From the human T2T-CHM13v2.0 reference genome, Homo sapiens: 64,000 bases of DNA. Location: the NCBI RefSeq assembly GCF_009914755.1, contig NC_060928.1; one strand, given 5' to 3'. The notes beneath the pieces are model-generated. The model searched no databases. It was not told where the DNA came from and saw only the letters and a program-made list of their open reading frames with translations. The position numbers and the translations under genes are program-made. Each line of letters opens with the position of its first letter. Within the stretch, counting starts at the first letter, position 1. Of the stretch, positions 1 through 13,738 are shown in pieces.

Positions 1-358
1 AATTATGTGGAGAAGTTTGTGTATAATTTGTTCAAATTGGTTCATGCTTAATTAACAATTAAAATAAACTAGACCTATCTATGGACTTGGTCTGAATTGT
101 GATGTGCAGGTGGCAGCATGCTTCAATATGGCCTATCAATTTTAATATTTATGGAGAACTAAGTGTTTGAAAAGTAAGCAACTTCAGTCAAAGCAAAATA
201 CAGGCATCTAATTCAAAGGTATATTTAAGTTAAGGTAGTGTATTTTCCTGAAATAGACTGTGAATATGTAATCCATTTCCATGAGGAAAAATAAAGTGTA
301 GGAAATATTTGGTAGAGTCACGTACAGCAGGACTTAACTGCAAATAAAACTTGCCAAA

Positions 359-693
359 TGTATGGTTTGGCTGTGGCCCCACACAAATCCCACCTTGAGT
401 TGTAGTTCCCAAAATCCCCATGTGACATGGGAGGGATCCAGCAGGAAGTAATTTAATCATGGGAGCAGTTACCCCCATGCTGCTGTTCTTGTCACAGTCA
501 TTGAGTTCTCATGAGATCTCACGGTTTTATAAGGGGCTTTTCCCCCTTTGCTCAGCACTTCTCCTTGCTGTCTCTATGTGAAGAAGTATGTATTTGCTGC
601 CCCTTCCACCATGATTGTAAGTTTCCTGAGGCCTACCCAGCCATGCTGAAGTTTATTTATAATGGGAAGAGGTCAATTAAACCTCTTTCCTTT
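359..693 (+). mobile_element. THE1D-like MaLR solo LTR, 3'-truncated
   Basis: Starts tgtatggtttggctgtggccccacacaaatc and contains catgattgtaagtttcctgaggcc and caattaaacctctttccttt; the terminal ...gactaataca is missing. Confidence 0.85.
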
Positions 694-1229
694 CCTAGTC
701 AAATATTACATCTTTGAATACTGAGGAGGAAAAAAAATGGAAACTTTAAAAAACTATTATTTCAGCAGTATTACAGGAAAAAGTTTAGGAGAGAAGTGAC
801 CAGCAAATAAGAATTATCACATACATTTCAATAGGATAGTTGCAAAATATAAATAGCCTTTGAGGTATATTGCACTAGGTAAAGAAGATACTTAAGAATA
901 AACTGTTGGGAAAAATTAGTTGAATGTTTTTCCATACTATATCATCACAATGAGTGATTTGATTGCCAAATTTAGAAGTGCATTTATTTCAGAATAAAAA
1001 GGTAAACCTCAATATTCATCTTCTTTGTTGATTTTCTATGCTTTTCCCCATGGCTAGGAACTATCATGTTGTTCATTTATTTTGTATTTATCATTATTAT
1101 AATACTATGAATATTTTAAATAATAACTAAAGTTTAACACTTGGTATAGAGAATGCTATATATACACATTACTTTGTCTTATATACCCCGGGCCCATATT
1201 TTTAGTGAAAATGCTGAGACAACCAGTTG

Positions 1230-1450
1230 TGCACAGATTAATCTGAGAAAGGGGCTAACCTGGAAATGTAAGGGAGCTGACACTCCAATGGGAAATAGAA
1301 GCTTGTCACTTATTGTACCCTTCTTTCATGTCTCAGATAATTCTAAAACTCACTCTACAAGGGGATCCTTCATCAACACAAAACAATAGTGGCTTCAGGA
1401 AAATTAAACTCCAATTGCACACAGGGACAGAGTCACTCTGCAGTCCGTGA
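1230..1450 (+). mobile_element. Possible highly diverged LTR16-like (ERVL) LTR fragment
   Basis: Weak resemblance to LTR16 motifs (gggagctgacac..., ctccaattgcacacag), upstream of an ERVL internal region. Confidence 0.3.
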
Positions 1451-2229
1451 TTAAAAAAAAAAATCTCAAATTAGCCAGTACAAAGTCAAAGCATATTGTC
1501 AAAGTAAAAATACCTCAGTGGGAGTATTTAAAAAGACGCAACCTACTGTAAGCAGAAGGAAGACTCTCCCGGAAATCAAGCCAAGATGTAATCCTAAAGG
1601 TATCCAAAATATACAAATGGGACAGAATATGTAATCTCAGGAGCTCTCCTCAACAAACTCCTGGAGAGGGAATGGCTGCAAACTGAGGACTTTAGAATCT
1701 CCAGTGATAATTAAGTGGAAGAGCCTGAGAATCTTGAAGATACAAATTTCTTTTAGCCTTTTAAAAAAGCAGAAACAACTTCTTTACCCTCAATAGAGGA
1801 AGAAGAAATCAGCTACCCTTCAAGTAAAAGCCCTGCAAACTTTTCAGCCAAAGCCATTATATGCCTCACATTATGTTGGAGTGGATTTTGAAAGGGTTGA
1901 TCCGGGGAGTGAAAACTATAGAAGTTGGTAGGGGATAGTTTACTGAAATGAGAGTGTTTACCTGTATTTTATACATAACGTCTTGAGAAAGATGCTCTGC
2001 ACTCTTTTAAAATGCTCTAGCTACATGAAGTTTGGAAATAAGAATTATTATAGTCAATGGGGCAGGGTTCAGGTAGCTCTGAAACACACTTCTAAGGGAG
2101 ACCACAAAATTTACCACCTAATTATGTTCCCCAGGAGGATCCAGAAGATACCCTTCAATGAAAGGTAAGTAACAAATAAGAATAAACATTCTTTTTATGA
2201 AAAGAATGCAAAGGTGAGGAGCACCAGCA

Positions 2230-4720
2230 AGTTTGAAAGGCTCAGTTCTGGTTGCTTTTGTAAACCAAAGTTAACAGTAGGAGATGTCACCTTGGAAATA
2301 TTCTCCCTAATTTCATTGGAATTAATAAGGATTCTGAAATTTGGGAAACCTTCGGGTTCCAATTAACTGACAAAATAAGAAGAGTGTAATAACCTTAATG
2401 GGCAACAAGGCTGGAGTGGCACCCTGGGTGCCTTGACCTACAGGGATCAGTAGTAATGCTAAAAGACCATGGTCTCCCTAGGTGCAAGATACTTCTACTA
2501 GTTCTCTACTAATTTATGGGGAATTGAAAAACTGAGAGCTGAGAGTAGAAGACTGGCACCAGCTGCTACAATCACATTCCCTAAGTAGTTTTCAAATCTA
2601 AGTCAAATAAAGAAAATATATTCCAAAACCCCTGAAATGCTATAGTAAATATCTGAGACAGGGATTTTTCCAATACTTTCCTAAAAGGGTCTATTGCTAT
2701 TAACCAAAAGAGTAGAAGCAAATGAACAACTTTACCTTTCAAGGCTGTTAGTATCAGGTAGGTTTTGAGGTCGAAATGGCACCATGGGACCCACAAAATA
2801 CCATAATGGTGCTCCATCTAGATATGAATTTATGGAGTTCAAGCGATATATGGAATTATGACCCTTATCCATCTCAAGTGGTTACAATGGTCTGTGGACC
2901 CACTCTCTGTTTACTTCATTGTCTTACAATGCATAATTAGAAACGATAGAGTTAGCTGCTATCACTAAATGGTATATATGGTAGGAAGAACCAAGTATAA
3001 CGTTCCCACCCCAACACACACACACACACTATCTAAGATAGAAAATAATATCAATATTGTACCAAAATGTACCTGCAGAGATTAGCACTAGCATCAAAAA
3101 CATTATGTGATGGTGCTCTCCATAGTATTCACCATTGTGGTTTTCAAAATAAGCAGATGGGTCTTGGGGAATAATGGATAAGTACTATGAAATTAATCAT
3201 TTCCAATGCCAGCCGTTATGTAAGGAGTAGTATCTTCATGGACATTATTAAAAGAGCTTCTGGGATTCGTTATGTGGCTATACATCATGGAAATGCATTT
3301 TTCTCCATATCTGTCATTAAAGACAATAAAAATATTTTATGTATGAAAGACAGCAATACATATTTACTATATTTTCCCAAAGCTTTTAATTGCACTTTTT
3401 TTTGTTAAATTATAGGCCTAAAGGATCTTGATATTCTTGATATTTCATAGACATCATGATGGTTCAATTTTATTAATCACATTATGCTAAATGAACCACA
3501 TGAGGAGGAAGTAGCAGGTGACCTGGTTACCCTAGTAAGACATGTGCATGCTGAAAGTGTGAAATGAACCCCACAGACATTTTGGTTATGCTATACAGAT
3601 AAACTGTTTAGCAGCCCATTGACTGAAAGCATGGTAGACATATTCTCTAAAATTAAGGAAGAATTGCTGCAGTTTCCAACCCTCCAAATTAAAAATAGAC
3701 ACAGTATTCAATGGACTTTTTTGCATTCTGAAGATAGAATATACCACTCTTGTAAACTTGGCATTCCTCTGAATCAGATGACCCAGAATGTGGCCAGTTC
3801 TGAGGGGAGCTCAGAGTATAGAAAAACTCTACAACAGCTCCTGGGTGTGATTTCAGTCTTAATTTCCAGCATGTATGAAGTAATTAGAAGTAACCATAAT
3901 GAATAATATTGTCAAAAGGAGTCTATTCCAGAATACATAAACTGATTCTTACTTATTGAAAGGGGATCCTTCATCAACACAAAACAACGAATCTGCCTTA
4001 CAGTGGAAGATACATACAAGTGATATGCAAATTGGAAACATATCAGAGGTTTGCCTAATACAATCTCAAGTAAATTGCTAACTGAGGGACAAGGTAATGT
4101 GAGACTGAGGCTCTGTCAATCAAGGAGTGGGAAATGCAGCGAACCAATTGCTGATTTGTGGTGAGGAATAATTAGAATAAGTGAGTCTGGAAACCAAGGC
4201 CAAAATATAACATTACACCTTTTCACCATCACTTGGCAGCAACTCATCTGTGAAGATTGTGTCTCCCATTCCATCAACCTCATGTTCAAGGCTTGAAGCC
4301 TTGAATCTCAAGACAGGAGGAGGCAGTAGTATGCCTATCAAGTGGCATAGTAAATATTTTATTTGATCTGAGGTTTTGACTAACCCTGATCTTCCGTATC
4401 TTCTTACACTAGTGAATCAGACTAAGAAAGGATTTACCATAGTAGTAGGGGGCACTGAGCTTCATAAAGAATAAGAGACTGGTTTGCTCTTATGAAATAA
4501 AAAAGGAACACATAAGTGAAAGACAAGGGATTTCATAAGAAGTCTGTTGGTGCTTTCATGTCCAGTAATTGTGAATGGCCAATTTTATGAACTCTGACCT
4601 TACAAGAGAAAAATGACTCAAGAACCTAATGTTTTGAGAGAAAAATTTAGTCACCTAGCCACAGGAAAAGAGAATCTAAAAGAAATATGGGAGAAGTGAT
4701 AGCCTTGTGACAAATTCCTC
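2230..4720 (+). mobile_element. Ancient ERVL-class internal fossil (gag-pro-RT ... dUTPase), heavily decayed
   Basis: gag-like gaccatggtctccctagg (DHGLPR). ORF 3187-3408 has ASGIRYVAIHHGNAFFSISV, resembling HERVL RT PGTWYAAIDLANAFFSIPV. The YIDD box has decayed to FINHIML near 3470. ORF 3619-3906 has MTQNVASSEGSSEYRKTLQQ, resembling VTRKAASFEWGPEQEKALQQ. A dUTPase-like segment lies at 4210-4600. Confidence 0.8.
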
Positions 4721-6460
4721 TAGTGGGGAATTTAGCCAGAACTTTTACCTTTCCTATAAGGGTAGCATTTCTCTTACAAAACAACAGCGTTTCTTACAAA
4801 AGAACTGTGTGATTTATTGTGTTTAGTGCAAATTGCAAGCTTATTTTTGTTTGTAGGGGGTGTTTCAGACACCTCTTGACATCCTCTGGGTTTTTTTGTG
4901 TGTGTTTTGTTTTGTTTTTGTTTTTTTCTGTAGCCAGAGCTATGGCAACTGGCTGGATACACTTTTAAACTGACAGGACCTTAACTCAGTTACAATGTAT
5001 TGTACATATCTCTCATTTCCTGCCTTAAGTCTTCTCTGTGGCCACTGAATGATTCGCTTGCAAGAAGCAATTTAGCTATTCTTATGCACATCCAAACACA
5101 GAAATTATGGTTATTTGTTATACTGTATAAACTATTAAACACATCCAACATAAATGGGTCAGAGTAAAATTCTTCTCTCATAGTGAAAATTATGAGACAA
5201 AAGTTGTGGAAATATTTCTCTAATGCATGACGGTGAATAATTTAGAAATAACCATTTCTGTCAAATTTTATTCTTTAAAACTCTTGTTCACCATATTATC
5301 AGGAATTGTGATAAAAAGTAAATGTATTTTATTAACATTTTATCCTGAGTATTTAGTACTAAGCTGAAGATATTTTTGTAACATGAAATTCCTAAGTTTA
5401 AATTTGATAGTATTTTGTTTATAAGCCTCTTTAAGTAAATTAACCTTTATTTTTATATCATTTGAGTTATAATCATAGAATATATTAATACTTTCTAAAA
5501 CTTTAAATGTTTATAAAGAAAAGCATTAAAATAGTATTTGTTAATACATTCACTTTAGTGTATATAAGTGACATGGATGTATGTTCCAAAGTATAAATTA
5601 TAGTGAAGCAACATATGATTTGACAGTATGAGAATCAAATGCATGGAAGCAGGAAGCCTTTTGTGCTTCAGTGCAGATATTAAAAGTAGTGCAATAAAAG
5701 ATTATGAGACCTTTTTAGTTGCCTGAGTGAACAGATTTGAACTCCTGAGAAGTGCCCTTGGGTGGCGTTATAGATTTCTATGCTTCATTATGAACTGTAG
5801 ATTTTGACCTATGGAGAACTGTATTAATTGTCTGTCTAGGGTCGTTTAAACAAATGATATAATAGTGTTGGAGGCCATTACTCTAACTTACCATGCCATT
5901 GTAAAGAGAGTAGATGAAGCAATTAGCCATAAACAAGAGAGTGGAGTGTTACCAGCTGTGGGTGGATCAATAAGGGTTAGTATCTAAGCACACATTAGCC
6001 AATGATACCCTATAAACAATTGAGAAGGCAGATCAGGATGAGTTCATATTGCCAAAATATGAATTAATTATACCTTAAAATTTTCCTTGGCATTTAATAT
6101 ATTTTATTTTTCGATTTATTCAAATATTGAATGAGAGATACTAATTAATTGCAACTGTGTTTTAGAGCAAAAATTTTAGACAATACTTATAGTATATTGG
6201 GACAGAAAGAAACCAGACTATTTTAAAGATGGTTAATGCAAAGCTAAAGTTACTCTTGGCACCATTAGCCTGGTTTTAAATGATATTTCTAATACCTCTC
6301 ACAGTGAGTCAAAATTCATAATTATTGTAAACTGATGCTTGGTATTATATACCTAGTTTCCATTGAAGTCATTCACCTCAGTTTCCTTGATTTTAAATGC
6401 AGTGATCCATCCACTAAATCTCATGGTCTTTTATGAGGCATAAAAGTATAAAAAATATCA

Positions 6461-7539
<1,079 letters not shown>

Positions 7540-8979
7540 GAAATATTCTACAAACAGGTTTCAGTCTCTTTTTGAGTAAATAATTCATTCTTTCTTTTTC
7601 TTCTTGCTTACATTCTGAAGTTCTGCCTAGTAGTGGAAGGTGGCAGAATGCTGTGGGTCATAGGAGTTGAGAGTTATTTATAGGAATGAAGGAGAATAAA
7701 TCTTGAAATACAGAGTAAGAATTTTGATATTAGATGCCACCAACATTGACAAATGTATTGTATATGCATCTTTATATTTAACTTTTAAAAGCATAGTATT
7801 AGTGGATTTTTCTCCATAATTTAAATAGGCTGGGTAAATATCCTATGCAATTCTCTACACTGCCACACTTCTATTAGTATTATGTGTATTTAAAACATGT
7901 ACACACACATATACATGATCTCAATAGGATATTTGCTATTGGACACTAATAACTGGTGTTCAAATATCTAATTCCAAGTTCCAAATAAATGTTTGGCTTT
8001 CAAAGAACTAGCTATACATTCCAACTACTCACTTACAGTATATTCTCATATAGAGATTTTAAGATGAAAATTGCATCATAAAATTTATGCTCATTATAAT
8101 ATTTCTGCTAAACAATTCACAAAATTCTAGTATGGTAAATCTGAAAGAAAGAAAATGCCATGTGGTTGTAGACACAATAGTAATTTTATAACTGTGCAAG
8201 GATGTATGTGCATACCTCTCTGTATTTTATAGGTATAAATATGCATATAGATAATTTTTATCGTATTTAATATAAAGAAGTGATTATATTAAGAACCGAA
8301 ATGTCCAAAATATTGAATGAGAAATAAAACAAAAGAAAATTAAAATAGGATCCTTTACATATCCCAACACTAGATTTACTCTACTGATATCTATCTGTGC
8401 CATTGTGGAAAGTCAATTTCCCTACAAACTTTGTGGAAATAACTACACCAATTTTCCCTTGGTTTGGTGACTGTCTCACTGTGGCTTTCACTCCATTTAA
8501 TAAAGCAACACAATACTGATTTCTGTTCCTTTGACTGACTTTTACTAATGTCATATCTAATTTTCTCAGTAATATTTCAGACTACCTATTTTTTTGCTGC
8601 CTGGATTGCCATTCTGCTTCTCATATTTGAATACTGACAGCATGAAGATTTACCCCACATCTAATAAAGCTGGCTTGACTAATGGTTAAAGGACAACATA
8701 AAAGAAGCACTAGTTGTTTTATCCAGTAATCAATGTCTATGTTAAATCTTAGATGGTAAAGTGACAATTTTACCAACTTAACTTTGCAGTTAGCCAATAA
8801 GTGACGGTTTTATTTTGTGATGATAGAAGCATATGGAGTGTACAGGTAGTTTCTTAAATTTGATGCTTGATTAGACCTGATTACTATATCTCTTATAAAA
8901 GTGAGTGATATGAATATATAATATTATGTGTATATAATGTATATGCACACATTATACAACTAATATGTGTATGTCTATA

Positions 8980-8981
8980 TA

Positions 8982-9014
<33 letters not shown>
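8980..9014. repeat. (TG)n microsatellite
   Basis: Direct read. Confidence 0.95.
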
Positions 9015-9015
<1 letters not shown>

Positions 9016-9836
9016 GCAAGACTTTTTAAAGGTAATTCACATGCTAAGGCAAAACTCAGTGAGTTTTATTCTTTGATTCAAAGCAGATTTTCTGTCTCTC
9101 TTTACTCAATTCTGATTTCAGGGTCTATTTAAGTTTTGTGTGATAGACTTCTGCATTTGAAATAAACTTTTAAGCTTCTTTACTGTAGATTTTCCAGTTC
9201 CTTGCATGTAATCTTTATAGGATATTTGTTATTGGCTACAAATGGTTGGCTTTCAAAGATCCAGCTTTAAGTTCCAGCTAAATAAAAGTGAATTTATTGA
9301 AGAGGAAAACAAGGCCTATAGTGCTTGTCCTAAACATCACCTAGAAAACTAACAGACAAAAACAAATTGTACTTACACAATTGAGAAATCATATTTACAT
9401 TTTACAGGTAATATAAAACATTTTTTACTGTTACATGAAACAACATTTACCTAAATTCTTAACAAAACATTATATATAGTTTGTTTTAGTCAGTTTATTC
9501 TGTAACCATGTAGTATATTTTTGTTGAAAAAACTTTCCTGTAGTCCTTGTTACTCCACGTAATTTTCCTAGCCCAAACCAAATAGTACTTTCTGGCATAT
9601 TTTAAAAGTTTAGCATTATGAGACTATCCATTGAAAAAGCAAATATAACAAAAAGGAGTATAAGAATCTTAATATACTTAACTTTACAAATATTGGATAT
9701 TATTTCTTAAAAAGTCTGAGCTTGTACATATGCATTTTTTTTCCTGAATTTGATATTGGACTTCTATCACATTTATAAAGAATCATGAGATGTCTGTTGA
9801 TGATATAAGCAAGATCACTGCATCTGAAAACTTTTA

Positions 9837-9838
<2 letters not shown>

Positions 9839-9880
<42 letters not shown>
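9839..9880. repeat. (AC)n microsatellite, ~21 units
   Basis: Direct read. Confidence 0.95.
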
Positions 9881-9883
<3 letters not shown>

Positions 9884-10599
9884 ACTTGAAATTGTGCGGG
9901 TATAGAGGTTAACCTAACTTAAAGATAAGTACTTCTTAATATTATATTATTTTTCTAAATAAAACATGTTTATTAGGTACGTCACCTTAATAAAAAGCAT
10001 TTATGCAACAGCTTTTAAAATAAATTGAACAGACCAACGCTCTGAATGTACCAAATATTTTTTTTCAAAATAAATGTTAGGTGGAAACTCAGTGGCATTT
10101 TCTTTTGTACAGAAGATTAAAACATAGATATTACATTGACATGACATTTTACATCCTGACCTGCCATGCTTTACTATTTATATAAGTTAAATTCAGTGAA
10201 AGTGATTTCTCTTTGTAGCTTCCTCATGAATCATAATGCAATTGAATGTCCTTGGATGCAATATTAGATTGATTATCCAGAACTGGTTAGAATCATTCAG
10301 GTATGGAAGACCTTTAGCCTTCCAGATTCCTAGGAAATTTCTAATTAAAAATTGTGGTTCTTTTATTTACAGTGCATTTCAAAATGTTGGCCTAGAATGA
10401 AGGTAGACAAACCTTTAAATTACCAAACTTCCTTTATTTTATGATTAGAATTTCTAAAATTTCAAAGCTCAGATTCTTTCTAATGTGTAGATTCCATCTA
10501 AAACAACTCTGAAATGTCCTCCTATTATCCAGTGAATCAATATTGTAAGTAAATACGAATATATCTTCTGAAAGACTAATGTTGAGCATTTAAATAAAA

Positions 10600-12140
10600 A
10601 AATTGAAAAATATTTGAGAAATAGACCAACGACTATTAACAAACCTTGAGAAAACAATTCCATCCTTATATCTATAATAGGAGAATCAAATGATATCCCT
10701 ATGGAAGGGGGCTTTGGCAAGATCTAATAAATGTGTATGCATTTATATAATTTTTATATACACACACATATATATGTATATCACATTTGTTATCAACTAA
10801 TTTATTCCACTTCAAGGAATATTAATAATATCACAATCTTGGTTGTGACATCTTAATAAGATGGTTTTCTTATCATTATCTTAATAAAATAATTAAATTA
10901 AGAACGTTTTCTTTTTTATATATGGGTATATGTGTAGAAACAGACTTACATGTATACACACACTTATATTTGCAAAAGCAAATTGCAATGGGAATAGAGG
11001 CAGCAATGAAAGCAGCTTGGAGCAAATATGGAGGGGAGTAAAATTCTCTGGGAATAAGTTTTTCAATATTTTATATTTTGAATAAGTAAAGGTTTACATA
11101 TAAAAACAATATAATTAAAGCAAGTAGAAAAAAATCTGTTAAATTGAACAGAAAAAACACAAAATAATTCATCTATACAACACATCAAAATAATAAAAAA
11201 TATTAAATGTTACCCATAATTTTTGTTACCAGTAATATTGATAATGCAATTTAAAGCTGTTTTGTAAAATATTATATGAAAAAACATATGAGCAAATATA
11301 TTGATATTTTAAGAAGTATGATTCTCACTGTAAGAGATATAATGATTGAATAAAACAGGCCAAGAAAAGTTGTAGTATTAAATTTGAAGCACAAATAGTA
11401 GTATAAAGTGTTATGTATGTGTGCACGTAATTATGTTACTTCATAGGAAGAGCATATATAGCTAATCTCATTCTAATTACAAACTGTGCACTGAGTAATC
11501 AGAATATACGTTTAAATTACCCTTGTTCATGCTCACTAGTGGGATGCAAGTCTTCTTTGAAGAAAATAATTTCTTTTCAAGTTCTGATAAGGGGAAGCAC
11601 CAGGTGGGAAATACTGTTTTTAGAAGTTTCTTGGGACTACTAGCATAATTTCAAAATGATAAAAATATTATGAATAAATGGGCTTTCAGTGGTCAAATTT
11701 GACCTGTAATCAACAAAATGGTGATCATAATTGACTATAAAACAATGAATTTTAAAAAAATCCTTTAGAGAAATGAGAAAAGTGAAAAGTGATAACAACC
11801 CTTCTTTACAGGATAACTCCAGATAATTAGTGAGACAATAATAATGCACCTGCAAAATCACCGTTTGAAACCTTCCCTGAAATAAATGGTTCATGTGAGG
11901 AATATCAATGTGTGCTAAAATTATTGAATGACACTTTTTTGGAATTAGAATATTAATGGTGTCAAAAAGCATCTCTGCAAAGATAAATTACCTAATCACA
12001 AAAGGAAAAATGTGCTTATATATTGGAAAGATCTGGCAGTTACCATCTGGATCAGCTGTTCAAATTTATTTTCCTTAATATCAATATAGCAATCATTATG
12101 TTCCTCCAAATGAAAAGTATTCATAATCAACTAGAAATGA
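10600..12140 (+). mobile_element. Old L1MC/L1ME 3' region fragments
   Basis: A-rich sequence with an L1MC-type 3'UTR motif (ggaaagatctggcagttaccatctggatcagctgttcaaatt); boundaries approximate. Confidence 0.5.
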
Positions 12141-12289
12141 ATGCAGTAATTTATGAGACATATGTTCTATCTTTTAGAAGAAGGCATGGGTATGTTTCCT
12201 ATTGTACAAGATATACATTTACTGTATTCACTGAAAGCACTGGTTGTTTTATTATTATCGTTGCTCAGAGGTTTAAACATAGGTGAAAG

Positions 12290-12850
12290 AACGTGTAATA
12301 ACTCTGCACTGACCAGAAAATTGCATAGCATCACTGCTATACAGTTGCACGCATTATAGGTGGGAAACTGGAAACTTGCTCAGAATACATTTCTCCATGT
12401 GGTTTGCATTAAGAACTATTCCAAGATCTCTCAATGACACTGGAAGAAAACGAAGTGAAGAAGAAACCTTCTTCTGTGAAGGAAGTTACAGGCAAATTTG
12501 AGCAGAGTCAAGATTTTTGTATTTTTGGTGTTTTCAATCAACAGCACTGGCACAGCAGACTGCTAAAATTGGTAACAATGCGCAATTCAATTGCTGAGAT
12601 TTACTCAAGCTTCCAAGAAAGCTGCTGAAAAATCTCTGTGGTGGCAGCTTCTGATAAGATTGCTGAAATTCACTGTGGCTTCTAGGTGATCTCCTGTGAA
12701 TCACCAATTTCTGACATCTTTCTGTGATTTAAGCTCCCCTTGACTTACCAACAGTTTTATTATCTGTAATTTCCTATGATAAACCTTGTTCTAGGGTATA
12801 CCTAGAACAGACATATTTTGCTCTTCTGACCATATTCTCACTCATTAAAT
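12290..12850 (+). mobile_element. LTR33-like ancient ERVL LTR
   Basis: Contains gggaaactggaaac and a 3' end resembling LTR33 (ataaacc...tacctaga...ctgacc). Confidence 0.4.
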
Positions 12851-12989
12851 GACTTGTCTATATTATATTTTAAGGGATTAATTTTTAGATAAATTTAGTT
12901 TCTCAGTTTTGAAATATATATCAAGGAAACACAAGTTAAATCATGACATGCTATTACAATTTATGTCTGACGTAAGTTGGGAAGTATCC

Positions 12990-13738
12990 TGAGGTAAGGA
13001 ACTCTCATATATTGATAGTTGGAACTGAAAAAATAAAATGGAAAACTTATAGGCATTAATTAGGAAATAAGAAAAGGTGCATAATTCTGACCCACCAATT
13101 TTACTCCTGCTTAAGTACCCTACAGCAATGTTTACACCTGTTCACATCTGACATGTACAAAAATGCTCATAGTAGCAGTTTTCATTGTTTTTTAAAAGAC
13201 TATATGCAATCCAAGTATCTATCAGCCAAAGAGGACGGACAAATAATTGTGGTATATTAATATGTAAACCACACAATAATTTAAATGAAATATAGATATG
13301 GCAGCAAGAAGGGTGAAACATGAAAACTCAATAGTAAGCAAAGATGCAACACAAAAAGAAACACTGAGATAATACATTGATTTATATAAGTAAAAAAACA
13401 ATGCTCTACTTTTTTGTAGATATCCATATAAGAGCAAAGGACATAAAAAATGATAATTACAAAGCTAAAGATAATGGTTGCTTCACAGATAGAGAAAGGG
13501 TTCTGATAAGTGAAGGTAAACATGGAACTTTGGGTGTTATGTAAATATGCTATTATTTGGCACCTGTGTGATTACATTGGCTTGTGATTTATAATATTTT
13601 TTCTTTAAGTGTTTCTCTGTGTTTGTGTGTGTCTGTCGGCCTTCTTTCCATATAAAATATCACAGTTTTTTTAAAGTTTCCTATAAAAAAACAAAACAAA
13701 AACAAAGAAACAAACAACAAATCAACAAACAAAAAAGG
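12990..13738 (+). mobile_element. L1ME-type 3' end with decayed (CAAA)n tail
   Basis: ORF2 C-terminal motifs (ggaactctcatatattg, tgacccaccaattttactcct, aaatgctcatagtagcag); A-rich tail at 13685-13737. Confidence 0.7.

Noticed and set aside
5600-6070. Possible enhancer (CAATAAA, TAAACA, CCAAT motifs)
   Set aside because: These motifs are AT-rich and expected by chance at this base composition; no independent support
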